DNA of 59,812 nucleotides, filler included, from Sluysia triapertura (Eukaryota), in the NCBI GenBank assembly GCA_046118255.1. It is 4 parts of 4 records of this genome, joined end to end, with 100 filler letters (N's around TTAATTAATTAA, not from the genome) between each part and the next. Parts side by side here need not be neighbours in the genome. Positions count along the whole stretch, not along the records: positions 22,628 to 37,620 come from JBJNIA010242214.1; positions 37,721 to 48,849 come from JBJNIA010188465.1; 2 more parts are not named here. One strand, 5' to 3'. The stretch's first letter is position 1, and each line of letters starts with the position of its first letter. Under the pieces are notes generated by a model, which was not told the origin of the DNA, made no database searches, and worked only from the letters and a program-made list of their open reading frames with translations. A program made the position numbers and the translations under genes. Shown here piece after piece: positions 26,050 through 39,327 of the stretch.

Positions 26050-26227
26050 ATTATATATATACGATCAATTATAATAGTTTATGTGTTGATGATTTTATTT
26101 TGAGTTTTGTGGTTTATGTGATATGAGTTGAGATTTTGAAATATGGGGAATATTTAATGAGTGGATTTTATGTAAATATGTGACTGTATGTGGCAATAAA
26201 AGTACAATGTACGACTGAGACACCACA
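26050..26227 (-). repeat. Truncated inverted copy of the TGTGGTG LTR-like family
   Basis: Reverse complement begins TGTGGTGTCTCAG and contains CACATATTTACATAAAATCCACTCATTAAATATT, cf. copy B CACATTCTACATAAAACCATACTCTTAAACATT. Confidence 0.6.
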
Positions 26228-26285
26228 TTAATTATTAAATTATGATTTAAATAATTTTTAATTCATTATATATTTAAATGCAATA

Positions 26286-27850
26286 TAGTGAAACTCCTAT
26301 TATCTGGATCAATCGGAACCAGAGGTGATCCGAATAAGAAAAAATCCAGATAATAGTAATAAATAAATTCGAAGAGACATGCACTTCTTAATTGAAATAG
26401 TCTTATTGATTTTTGCTTTAATGGGCCGCTAAATCCCAAATTTTTTTAACAAAGCAACTGCACTGGATCCGACTCTTGTGCTTCAAACCAACGTATAGCC
26501 ATCTCTAGTGATTTTGCATTACTCCGTATATCATCTTGTATACTTTCCACTTAATGTTATAACATCAATTATAACATTTATTATAATTACCAACACGTTG
26601 AACAATTTCATCATCATTTAGCACCTGAAACGCAGAATCAAATTGATCGCATCTATCCACTCATTAACATCTAGTAAATTACAGTCAGAATATCCTGGAA
26701 CTCCTTTTAACAATCCTACTAAATTATTATCTGCAGTTACATCAGCCACCATATTCCATGTTTCAGCTACCATATAGCAACAATCTTTTAAATTAATTAC
26801 TTCGCAAGTCTCCAAATCAGTTTTTTCATTATTATCAAGAAAAAAAACTTTAGAAGAAGTTCTTTATGATAATTACGCCTAACCGTAGAAATTACACTTC
26901 GGTCCACTGGCTGAAGGATTGATGTAATATTTGGTGAAAGAAACATTACTTATACTTACAATCAATGTTATTTAAAACATGTTCAGAAGGACGTGATGGC
27001 GCATTATCTAATAAAAATAATGCATTACCAACTTTTCCAACACTGTTTTTTTCGCCAGGAATGAATATTTTTCAAACCAGTGAATTCATGCATCCTCTGT
27101 TTTGACTGGTGTTGACTATTGGTAGAGACTGTATGCTTTTATTTTTCAATTAAGAACAACGTCCACTCGCTTACTTTAACTCCAGGAGCCTTCTCTCCAT
27201 TTCGTGATGCCGGAGACCTGTTAGGAAGAGCTGCCCAATATAAACCAGATTCATCAAATAAAGTCTTTGTCATATTTCTGGCGTACAATAAAATAGTTAA
27301 ATAAATTTTTGAATTTTTCCGCTGCAGCAAAATCTCATGAAAATTTTCTTCCTTAGATTTCTCACTCCCGTATTCTGTGTCTCAATTTAAATTTCATTAT
27401 TATCAATGTTTGTTAAAATATAAAACTTTCTCAAACAATAGCGGACCCGAAGTAAGTTGACGCATTTCTGCAAAAAGCCATTGCTAAATTACACTGTCTA
27501 CTTTATCATTGATTGGCTTTTTAACAGTTTTTGGTTTTTGGAACATCTTGGGATGATACAAATTTTGCGACAGAATCTTTATTTTTCCAAATGTCGGATA
27601 TAGTCGATGTTCCAACATTGTAATATTTTTTCCCTTCTCACCTTTTTCTGGACGATTTATAATTTTCATTTATCATTTAATTGCAACAACCTCTCTTTCT
27701 TTAAAGGATTTGCAATAATAATTAAAAATAATTAAAAATTAATTATTAATTTTTGATGGAACATTAATTAATTATGAATTTTATTTTTTAAATGATGATC
27801 CGGATAATAGAGTAATCAGCATAGTGGAGGTCCGGATAAAGGAGATAGTA
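26286..27850 (-). mobile_element. Tigger/pogo (jerky-like) DNA transposon, decayed
   Basis: N-terminal KIINRPEKGE (HTH_psq-like), FDESGLYWAALP, LFLLDNAPSRP, FLSPNITSILQPVD. TIR-like ends (AAACTCCTATTATCTGG / CCGGATAAAGGAG). Confidence 0.88.
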
Positions 27851-28793
27851 ATCTTAAAATTCAACGTAAATCATAGAATTTATCATTTTGATTTTAAAAG
27901 ATTATTTGGTTTTCTAAACTCTAAAATAATTGTTGGACATTGATAGAAAAGGATTATAAATACATTATAAAGGATTATAAACGAGAATACTTTTGAAATT
28001 TCTACGTTCATTAAAACGAATAAGAAATCAATGTTAAGATTTTACTTAACATGGCATTTTAACGTCACAAATATTAAATAATTTTACAAATCAAATCTAA
28101 CATTATTTATACAACTGGAAACATTGTTCGCATACTTAATTGCCGTTGATATATTTTGATACAAAGAATTGTTTGAAGTCTAAATTAGTGATAAAAATTG
28201 TGATGAACAATGTTTTATTACAGTAAAATACAACCAAGTTTAGAAATAATTACAAATAATACAATTATTTTAAAATATACGAATGTTTGTGGTTTATTTG
28301 TATTAGAAAATATAATTTTGAATCATATTTTGAATATGTTAAATCTCCCAGATCTTACTTTAGTTTAGGAAACAAAGTAGATAATAAGTTAAATAATCAA
28401 GTAAATGCCATTCCAACTTATGAACTGAGTAGTGACTTAAAAAATCTTAGGTTCTACATCGGCTCAATCGATGCAATAAATTCTTATAGCATCTCAGTTT
28501 GTCTACTACAATCCTAATCCTAATGTTCATAAAGTCATGAAATCAAATTACTCATGTCTTTAAAACTAGATCATGAAGCGACATAAATCACAAGATGTAT
28601 ACTGAATTAAAGCTAATTTTAAAATCTTCTCTAACTTATCATGAATTAACCAACAAAGTGAATAAGAGAAATTTACGATTTCATCTAGAATTCTCCAAAA
28701 GCCCTCAACAAGTCTTTCTTTGCATCTCTAATAATAAATGTAGTCATAAACTTATTAAAAAGATAAAATCTAGCTATGTGACACTCGACTAAA

Positions 28794-28849
<56 letters not shown>
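28794..28849. repeat. (ATT)n microsatellite
   Basis: Perfect run. Confidence 0.95.
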
Positions 28850-28850
<1 letters not shown>

Positions 28851-29974
28851 TGTCTTAATGTTATTACTGTAGAAAAAGATTCAATGAGTGTTATGCACAA
28901 CTCAATTGAATCCAGCGTGCCTATAGCAAGAAATTCTTGACTAATTTGTCAATTGTTATTGTGATTTCATGTAAAAAGTTAGCTCTTTATATAATATCGA
29001 GATAATTGCCAGATAGTCGGGAATTCAATTTAATTATTTTGCATGTCTACTACACATGCTATTTTCTTATGTCGACCCATTACTAACATGGAATTTTAAT
29101 ATTAATTTCCAATGAATTTCCGACTTTAGATTGCCTACAGTTATCTGGAAAATTATCGCAAATTCGTTGCTTAATCTTAAATTAACTTGAAATTTTAACA
29201 CTTAAATTCACTTTACAATGTCAAAATACTGAAAACCTTACTCTTAAATGCTTTATCTAGCTTAAAAACTTGAAATACCTTAAAAATTTAACGTTATATC
29301 TTTACTTATGTTGGTCCCAATTCCGGCGCCAAATTTTGCTGTGGTTTTTCTTACACTTAACCTACGGCAAAATATTTTTTGAGCATGGTTCGCTTATTGT
29401 AAGCGTCTTACAACGTATCGTTGGCACTTCTGTAACTAATAAGTTAAAGATCACTTAAAAAATAACGTCTCCGTCTAATAAATTAAGTGAAGAGAGTGTT
29501 ACAACTACTAAATAATTTAATTTTTAATTCAATAATTTAATAATTAAATAATGCAAAAACACAAATTCATTTATTAAAAAGTATACAAAAATCCAAAAAG
29601 CTTAGAATAGTAAATTATGAGAATAAGATTATGTCTTCGTGAGCGTTTAATCTGATTCTAATAAATTTTAAGTAGAGTTTACTCCTCAATATAAGGGTGA
29701 CTTAAAAATTGTATAAATTACTGTGAAATTTAAGTTGATTTAACGATGTTAAATCAGTTAAAATCTAACTTAATAAATATATAATTTACCAAAAATCTGA
29801 AGAAAAGTCCACAATTGATCGTTGAATAATTGGTAATTGTGACGCTTACTAATTTCACAATTATATTGAATGAAATTACCAAATAACTGTAAACATCAAG
29901 ATGGCGACGATAAAATGGCGATTTTCATTGTAAGATGCTAGTTTATATATTAGTCATCTCCAAAGAAAATCGAT

Positions 29975-30004
29975 GGAATGTTCTAAAATATTCTAGAAGA
30001 TTCT
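29975..30004. promoter_or_regulatory. Heat-shock element-like array
   Basis: GAAtgTTCtaAAAtaTTCtaGAAgaTTC: six alternating nGAAn pentamers, one mismatched. Confidence 0.5.
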
Positions 30005-30670
30005 AATCTATTTTTAGAAGCTTATTTTCTATTTAGAAATTTTATTTCCTTTTTTGGAGAAAATAATTTCTTTTATGGAAAATAAATTTCTTTTTTAGAA
30101 AATAATTGTTTTTTAAGTAATTTTAAAATTTAATAATTGATTTTAAGATGTTTTATGTGCTTTAAGTTAATTTTTTGATAGTTTTAAATATTTTTAATTA
30201 ATTTTAAGGTGTCATTTTGACATTTTAAAATTATTTTATAGGGTTGTGATGACAACCTAACATTAATATAATTATAATAATTATTATTATTATTATCAAT
30301 TGATTATGTAAGATACATTTCCATTATTAAAATTGAAATATTGTACATTAATTAAATTGAGATTTACTGTTTTTTTGTTCAATCGTTTAATAAGATTTAG
30401 CTTCAGTACTTAATGAATCAATCAGTTAATCAATTTATATTTTTTCTTTATAATACTCTTACAATAAAAAAGTAATATAGTAATAGTAAATTTAGTTTGA
30501 CTTACTTGAAGTATTTTGTAGAATTTCGATGAATTAGTTGTATAAAGTTGAATATGGTCTTTAACTGCAAGTTCCATAAATGATTCCACTTTGTTCATTT
30601 CACCTGATGTTGTTAAGAATAAAGTCAAATCAGCCGAATAACAATTGGACATTATCAACAGGAAAATCCA

Positions 30671-30930
30671 CTAAATGGCTAATATTACCCTGGCAGATAT
30701 TGCAAAAGGATAAAAATCTTGACTTTGTAATAAAGTAGCTCCAACAAAGGTCCATAAGTTTTCCATAAACGATATTTCATCAATGATGGCTATGTCTAAT
30801 TTCAAGTTCAAAGCAGACAGTGGTGTATATTTAGAAAACAGTAATGTAATACCTGCAGAAGCAAAGCAAGTAACATACAAAGTATCCATACATCTGGTTT
30901 TAATGGCTTTATTATCTAGACACACTCGAG
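30671..30930 (-). pseudogene. Degenerate PIF1-like (Helitron-type) SF1B helicase fragment
   Basis: Ordered motifs FASAGIT (cf. ASSGIA), TPLSALNL (cf. TAHSAFKL), IIDEISFM (Walker B IIDEISM), FVGATLLQSQDFY (cf. FGG..VIL.GDFYQ). Walker A not recognisable. Confidence 0.45.
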
Positions 30931-31299
30931 AAGTACATTATACTATGAAAAATTGTAGATTGCGATGTTAATTGTTTTTGTGGTGTTGAAACTGAGACTA
31001 CTCGATACCTCATTCTTCGATTCCGATATCGACTCATTTTTAACACCATTATCGGGAAGAATATGTTTTAAACTTCTTTGTAGATGGTAAATTGAATAAA
31101 TTATTTGACTATAAGCTATTAGAAAGGTAATCTTTAACATCGTGTTTCACAGTAACCAATAAAGTAATATTATCCATAGAAAGTATCAGCGTATATCTTT
31201 TGCGACCGTAGTATTCGAATAATTGACTTTCCAGTTGAAATGTTGGAGTTATTAAAAAAATAAATTTTATAACAAATACTAAATGTATACTTTATAGAT

Positions 31300-31666
31300 T
31301 AACGCATGCATAAATGCGTAAAAAAAAGGAAAAGCGAAAGAATAAAATAAAGGTTGATAACAATAATAAAAAATAATGATAACAACGCAATTATTATATA
31401 ATTTAGAATAATGATATTGATAATGTTAATATGAAAGTTATTATAAAAGTTATTATAAAGATTATTATTTACTAATCATATTATATAACAATAATGACAA
31501 TAATTACTATGTATTTTAATATGATTGAAATTATAATAATAGCTGTAGTTCATGATAATTATATGCAATGGTTACGTTTGTTTTCTGAATGAGTTTAGTA
31601 GTTTGTTTAATGATCTGTGTATATACGAAATGTTTTTATGAGATGAAGTGTGAGTCCCCTTTTGAG
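31300..31666 (-). mobile_element. Probable PPT and 3' LTR remnant of the adjacent Gypsy element
   Basis: AAAAGGGGA purine tract (minus, about 31655-31663) downstream of the integrase, followed by G-poor sequence resembling the 41350 and 3940 repeats. Confidence 0.4.
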
Positions 31667-31929
31667 ATGTAGTAAAGATGTAGTAAAAGAGACCTTTTAA
31701 GGTTTTCGATTGTTCTCACAGGCTCCAGTATCGAAAGTGACTGATTTGATTGCTTTTTTCGGGTCATTTTCTTTGTTGTCGATTAAAATTATCGCTGATT
31801 TGATTTTGCACTAGTTTATAGTTCGATGTTGTCCAGCGATTGAGATGATAACAGTTTGGTTTTCCTTATTTATATTTATTACTTTATACTGACCGGTATA
31901 TCTTGGCTGCAACTAATGCGGATTTTCTA

Positions 31930-33730
31930 CGATCATCCAGACATATTCACTATCCGTGATACTTTGCGATATGTATTATACTGGTATGAATTATTATATA
32001 CCGGTGATTTGTTTAATTCACTGAAATATTCTCTTGAATGCTTAGAGAAAACGTAGTCTTTTGGCAGCGAGATTTCCAATAGTTTGTGTGGCAGTCTTGT
32101 ATTTGTACCAAACACGATTTGAGCTGGAGAATATCCGGTAGATGAGTGTGGAATATTCCTCCAACCAGGTAATATAATGCAGATTTGGCTCCTGAGTGCG
32201 TTGTTTTGTGTATAAACTCGAACTCTTTAAGTCTCAGGCTTGGAACAAGAACTGGCCGTGAAATTTCTAACAGTTGGTAATCGAAAAATACTCCTTTTCG
32301 TAACGTTGATGTTACAAAATCTTCGATAGATCTTCTGCTGAAAGAGGATCACTTTTTAGGTCCTCAACTGAATACATCGACTGAAATTCGATGCTGCTGA
32401 TGCCAACTCGTGATAAGACATCAGAGTCCATGTTTTCCTGTCCAGGGATATGCTGTATATCGAAATTGAACTACGACAGGTACCTGATATGCCTTTATTG
32501 CTTTGGCGAAGGGTTTTCCATGGAGAAGATTAGTAACAAAGGCTTGTGGTCTGTTCGAAGTGTAAATTTCACTGGAAGTAGCAAATATTCGAAGTGTTCA
32601 CTGCCAGGTAAATTGCCAAAAGTTCACGATCAAAAGCGGAATATCGGTTGTCAAAATGAATGTTTGATTGGGTGATGGAAACGCTGGACTCTGCATTTTG
32701 ATTTCTTGAAATGTAGCTAACGAAGTTCCATTCCAATTTATTATTCGCGTCTTCTTTCCGAATGATAGAGCAGTAAGTGTTTCTCAGATGTCAGAGAGTT
32801 TTGGCAGAAATCTGCGGCAGTAATTGTCGAGGCCAAGGAAACTCCATATATGAGTGACTGTTTCTGGTTGCGGGAAATTCCTTAATGCTTCTGTACGACT
32901 TGGTAATGGCTCAGTGGCGTCAGAAGAGATCTCGTGGCCAAGAAATGCAATTTTAGATTGAAAGAATTGACATTTATTCGATTTGATTATTAAATTGTTA
33001 TCAGCCAGCGATGATAATATCATCGATGTATGGTGCAACGAATGTTAGACCTTGAAGAATATGATCTATGTGTCGCTGAAAGGTCTGAGCAGCATTTCGA
33101 AGACCAAACGGCATTCTTGTATATTCGAATAAGCCGAAAGGTGTTCTGACTGAGGTCTTCGCGATATCCTCTGAGTGTACCGGGATTTGATGGTACGTTT
33201 TGGCTAAGTTAATAGAAGAGAATATTTTGCAGCCAGAAAAACTATGTAAGATCTCTGTTATTAGTGGCATAGGATATGCGTCAGGGATTGAGACTTTATT
33301 TAATATTTGATAGTCACCTCATATCCTTTTTCTTTACTATTTGCAAAGGTGCAGCCCAAGACGAAGAGGATCGGTGCACAATTACTTGTTTTTCCATGTC
33401 GAGAAATTCTTGTTCTGCCTGTGCGCGAACTTCTTGTGATAATTCCCGACGACGTAGTTTGCACGGTGCAGTTGGGATTGTGTTTATGAAATAGACAGAG
33501 GTAGAGTTGTGATCTGTTGAAAACTATTCCATCAGTAAGCTTGGATATTTTATTTCTATGCATTGTGTAACATTTTCTTTTTTGATAGAATTGTGTCCAA
33601 ACTTATCTGGTACAACTGCCTTCCAGATTTATGAGTTTTTTATTTCTGCAGTCTACTAGGAGTTCGTAATAATCGAAGAAATCAGACCCTAGTATTGGTT
33701 GTTGTACTGCAGCTATTGTGAAATCCTGTT
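31930..33730 (-). mobile_element. Ty3/Gypsy pol remnant (protease-RT-RNase H-integrase tail)
   Basis: QQPILGSDF (protease), SSWAAPLQIVKK, PFGLFEYTRMPFGLRNAAQTFQR, YIDDI (RT), YSAFDRELLAIY..TDHKPL..IQHIPG (RNase H), RNIPHSSTGYSPAQIVFG (integrase). Frameshifts and deletions. Confidence 0.95.
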
Positions 33731-34149
33731 CAAACTTTTTGTTGAACTTTGCTATATGAAATTTTAGTTTAATTACATGTCATATACTAATAAAAGTAAT
33801 AAAAGTCTTAATATGTGCATTCCATCTTTCTAGTAGCCTCAGATTATTCATCTGGACCCTTGAATAACGCGAAATTACGAGGGCATTAGCGAATCGCATA
33901 AACATATAACTCACTTAAACCGTTGTTTATGTTGGTTAAACGGATAAAGCTGAACGATTGCAAACTTTGTGGTCTAAAATTAGTACTTATATCCTTAATT
34001 TGCAATATAAATACAATATCAAGTCACCTACATCAAATTACATTGTTTATTAAATCTGACATTATTATGGATGATTATGTGTTTATGAGTCAATTTCATA
34101 ATAATAAAGAAGCTAAATATCTACATATGTTTATGAGTCGTACGTGTGG

Positions 34150-35130
34150 ACTGACTTAGGAAAAGTTTCTTAATTCTGATTAAGTAATCAATGTTGGAAA
34201 TTTTGGTGAAAGCGCTCAAAAATATCTTATTAACTTTTGTCCACAGAACTGCTTGGGAAACCATGTTAAAGATAGTTGGTGTTGATTTGAAAAAAATCCC
34301 TAGCGCATTTTCTGTCTCCGTCCTCAGACAACGTCGGGTGCACACTGAGACATAATAAAATCCTGAATTGATTGGTGGAAAAATTGAAATCCATAGGATG
34401 TTATATAAAAAAAGTATTCTTAATACTGATATCCGGTGACACGCAGCGTGACTGGATATTCCATTTCGGCACACAAAATACTCATAGTCCTAGCTCATAA
34501 ATGTCAAATCCCCACTGAAAAATGCGAAAACTTTAGAGCTGTCTGAAGACTGAATGACGAAAATATGCCGAAGTTAGGATATATTAAGGAAATAAATAAA
34601 TTGTCAAGTTTCTCTTGACACTTTTGTTATAAGGGCCATTAGTTCCTGGGATCCAGAAAATGCAATTTTACTGAAATCCTCGAGTTTCCTGAAAGCGTAC
34701 ATTACCAGTATAGCGCAATCATACATCAAATTGTCTATTGAATCATCTTTTAATACCTATAGAGACAATACATTCAAATATCCAGGGTAGGGTATTTGAT
34801 GTAAATGAATATTTTTCATTCCCTAAATAAGCAGCAAAAAAATCCTTTTTTCTATTATCCTTTAAATCCATCCATTTCCTCTTTTCCGTATTGTCTCTCA
34901 GCAAATCGAAAACAATTGAGGTATCAGCAGTAGCAACAAGAATTAACAACAGCATATAATAACAAATATCTCAGTGTGATACATTTATTGTATAAATACT
35001 TCTTCCTTCTTTGCGAATGCTATGAGCAGAAATACTTTCTCAGATATTTTAAGATTTCTCTTATTCGACAACAGAAAGCAATGAATCCAACGTTTGGTTA
35101 AAGAAAAATTAGTTCTAATTTTAGACATGG
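34150..35130 (-). pseudogene. Decayed NACHT-domain (NLR/STAND-like) gene
   Basis: Collinear motif remnants across frames: EKVFLLI (Walker B-like), LILVAT (sensor 1), LPWIFECI (C.IP-like), FSKIAFSG (KLAF.G), FQFFHQSIQDF (winged-helix F.H.S.QEF). Confidence 0.5.
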
Positions 35131-35729
35131 ATTAAGAAGTAAATTTACCCAAAATGTTAATTAAACCTGACAAATTTTGTTTATAAATAAAAATATCTGT
35201 TTGATTATTTTATTAGAAATCTGAAATTAGGTTGAAAATCATTTCCTTTAATAAAATTAGAAATTTCTTTTTGAAAATTAGCGTTTATTTCATAAGTGAA
35301 CAAAGGACTCCTCGCGGTAAGAATAGATAGGTGTGAAGTACTAGTATTTTTAGTGTTAACATTATAAAAAATTAATTAAAAGACGTAATTTTCACATCAT
35401 CTGCGTCATCATCAACATTATATTTTAGTCATATGTTATTTTCTCATATAAAGACATCTTTCGTAAAATTATTAAATCGCAACAATTTTAAATCAAATTA
35501 ATTATAAATGTACTTTAATATTTATAAAGGGTTCCCCCTGCGAATTTGTCTTTAATTTTATTCGTTGAGTTACTACAAATTCTGCATTTCTTTTGAACAG
35601 AAATGAAAAATAATTGTTCTTACATCGATAAAATGCACTGGACTTAAAATGACGTAATTGAATTGATAAGGTTGTACATGTTGCAATATGAATTAAAGTT
35701 ATGATATACTTTGCACAAATAGAAAATAA

Positions 35730-36168
35730 GCAATCACAATACATAAAAAACAGAATAATAAAATAAAAATAAAAATGATAAAATAGAACGGTAAAAAGAA
35801 AACAAGAATAATCCAATGACAATAATGTTTTATAATATAACGTTGTTGTTATAATATAATAAGGTTGTTGAAGTTTATTCAAGGTTTAATGGTGGTGACG
35901 ATAATAATAATGACAATCGTGAGTTATACTGTTTTATTAAATTTAAGTTTAATAGTGTTATTAATGAAAAGAATAGTTTAAATTATTCAAAGATTTTATA
36001 AATTTACTATTTTAAAAGTTGATGTTTGGTAATGATTATGTAGAAATTAATGCGGTTTTATGCGGTATGGGTGTAATGTGTTTTGATATGTGTTCAAGAT
36101 GAGGTATTGAATATGTACATAGTGTTGGCGAAACAATGTAATCGTAGATAAACAGTTGAGCCACCACA
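35730..36168 (-). repeat. TGTGGTG LTR-like family copy
   Basis: Reverse complement begins TGTGGTGGCTCAAC; G-poor body. Confidence 0.55.
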
Positions 36169-37620
36169 TTATTTTATTTTTAAAGGATTTATTAAGGTTC
36201 TAAAATTATTTAGCACTCTATAAGGCATAAATGCTTTTAACTTCAATACTTTGATTTCATTTCTAGTTCATTATGTTGATTACTGCTGTTTCAAATTAAT
36301 CTTTAGCAATGAATTTATTTGTCAAATATTTGAAATATTTCAACTACTTTACAAAGTTACTTAAAGATTTTAAATGCTTATCAAGGTTTCAAGATCACCT
36401 AATTAAATTACGAAGGAATAGATAATAAAAATATGAATGAAAATTGAATAAAATGTTAATGACTCATTCAACCATTTTAATTAATAAAATTTTATTAATT
36501 AATTAATTAATTAATAAACAGTAGTAATAAACTGAATTAAATGAAATGATTTTCAATAATTTAAAATTATTGCTAGTATTTTTATGTTTCATTTTTTATT
36601 TAATTAAAGTTTATCTCAATTTAGATGTTTCGCTTTAGGTCGATGTAAATATATTTACTTCAATAATAATTTGAAATTGTGTATTCTTAGTCGTTATATT
36701 GGATCTCGATTGTCATAAGCTTTATTTAAAGGTACAACAAAGTGATATTTTAATTCAGCTCACTTTATGTAAAGCTTTTTCTTAGAAGTGTTCTTTAAAC
36801 AAAATTGTGATACTTATTGTTGTAATTAAATTTTATTAGATGAATGACTTAATTAAGTATTTGACTTGCACAAGAATGAAATGTAGAAAGCTTTATGTAA
36901 ATCGTATATTATGTAATATTTAAAATAAGTCAGAATAAAATATTTAAGAAAATAATTTAGCGTCGATTGTTTATATTCGACGCTTAATATAAAAATGTAA
37001 AACAAAATTTCTACAAAAAACAGTCAAAATTCGCTCTCGAATAACTTTAAAAATTCATTGTAAACATAGGTATTTGGAGAGATGGTCTTATGTAAGTTTT
37101 GAAAAATAATTTTATTATTTATTATTACACATTACTTTGTGGCCCTTTAATTGATTTCTGACACAAAATTATGTTTACTTTTTCTGAAAACACCAGTAAA
37201 ACTTGCTTGAGTGTTTGTCATAAACCAAGTTTATATCAATACTTAAAACAAGTCTTATTTAAATCCTTTAAATTGTTTGGATTGGTGAAGAATAATGGAA
37301 GATATAATGGTCAAAACTAAGGATGACAGAATAGGTTCAACATTATTAAAGAACTAAGACGAGGCATTATGGTGAAATGTAATGGTAAGATAACAATAGA
37401 GAATATTTGAATAGAAATAAAATAATGAGAGATACGAAAAAATAACCCTGTAAAATGTTTTATTAGTTAAAACACTAAAGTATATTTGTAAATTAATTTA
37501 ATTAAAATTTATTTAATTTAATAACTCAATGGAAATGTTTGCTCTATAATAATATTAAATTTAGTGTATAATGTTGAGTTTTATTATTGGTTCCAATGAT
37601 GAAGTATTGCGAAGCACGTC

Positions 37621-37720
37621 NNNNNNNNNNNNNNNNNNNNNNNNNNNNNNNNNNNNNNNNNNNNTTAATTAATTAANNNNNNNNNNNNNNNNNNNNNNNN
37701 NNNNNNNNNNNNNNNNNNNN
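37621..37720. other. Artificial contig-join gap with linker
   Basis: 44 N + TTAATTAATTAA + 44 N. Confidence 0.97.
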
Positions 37721-38747
37721 TTATATCTGTTATCGAAATATCATTCGATTTAACTATATCAATAATTCCTTTTACTCTTGTAGTCACGGGTAATTCTTTA
37801 AAAACATTAATCGACTCAATTTTCATTCACCTTAATAACTTAATTGCTAATATATTAATTATTTTGTTAATATTAAAACTAAATTTTGTATATTAAAAAT
37901 TAAAAATGTTAAAACAAGTCATTAAATAAATAATCATAAAATAAAAAACAAACTTATGGAATCAATATTTGACTTATTAAGTAACTGGTAATTTAAGGAA
38001 TATGTAATTTTTCTTGTTGAAATTTTGGGTTTGGCTATATTTATTACAATGACATGATGGTGGTAATAAAAATTTAGAAAATCAAACACTCAGTCTTTTT
38101 ATTTTATAAAGAGATTGCTCCATTTCCATCTCACCAACAGAAACGAGTTAAAGGAACTCATGTAACTTTAATTAATTTAAAAGCCATACTTCTATTTTAG
38201 TGATAAAGCTTTAGAAATGCTAATATAATTTTATAAGATTTACAATACAAAAATGCATATTTCAATACCTAACATTCTTCTTAAATTAATTTAAAGTTCT
38301 CTGTTGTCTTGGTGAATAGAAACTTATTTTTCATTGCAATACAGTTGGAATGATATAACTATTTATATTTGACACTTGTATTAGTGAGTATTGTACTTAA
38401 ATTAATAATTAAAATAATAGATAATATATGTGATTCAATTAGTTATTGTGTATTTTTATTTTGATATTTGTTTATTATTAATATACCTTAGTGTATTAAG
38501 AGTTTAATTTCTTTCTCAGTACAGGGATTTACTTTAACTACTAAATTTGCACTTCCATTTCTACCATCAGATACGAGTTTAGAAATAATCTCTACAATAC
38601 AGTGACTAATCATAAACAGATTCGATTTATATGAAATAAAAATTATCCATCATATTATAAGGAGAAACATAATCATTATTTCTAAAATAAATAAAATAAA
38701 AATATTTTTTGTTACAATAACAATATTAATACTTAACGAGCTTATTC

Positions 38748-38806
38748 GAATTAATTCGATCGGGCTTAAATTTTTCAGAATTAATTCGATCGGGCTTAAA
38801 TTTTTC
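38748..38806. repeat. Tandem duplication, 30-bp period
   Basis: GAATTAATTCGATCGGGCTTAAATTTTTC x2, separated by one A. Confidence 0.9.
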
Positions 38807-39327
38807 TATTTCTACCCACGATTTTGGGCATATTATACCGCTAAATAAATTTAACAATTATTATATGAAAAGTCAAAACATGAATTGAAAAAAATGGTTA
38901 AACTTATAAAATAATTTCAAATTAAAATGTTAAAATGTGTTTTTGACACCTTTAGTAGAAATGGTGATAATAATAGTAGATAATAGTGATAATGATAATA
39001 ATACACATTTTGCTATGATTTAGTTTATATAATATTTTTTTGGAATAGTGATTTTCTGTTCTTAGTCATTTTGTGGGCTGTGAAAAACTTTTGTTAAATT
39101 TATTAATTTAATTATTTTTTTTCTATAAGCGAAATTTGGTTATAATGTTTGTTTAATATTACATTAAATTGCAAAAATTTGAGGTTGACAAAATTCATAA
39201 CCGGTTTTTACTGCATTTTATATCTCAATTTTTAAAGAGTGTTTTTTAACATTTTTAATTTAAGAATTAAAAATGTAAAATGTGATGATAATATTTTTGG
39301 AATTTATTTTTAATTTTTATATTTAAG

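Noticed and set aside
32391-32675. Plus-strand ORFs over the Gypsy element (also 33276, 33307)
   Set aside because: Antisense shadows of pol.
38748-38806. CRISPR-like repeats (also 7861-7916)
   Set aside because: Only two adjacent units, no spacers, no cas genes, eukaryotic context.
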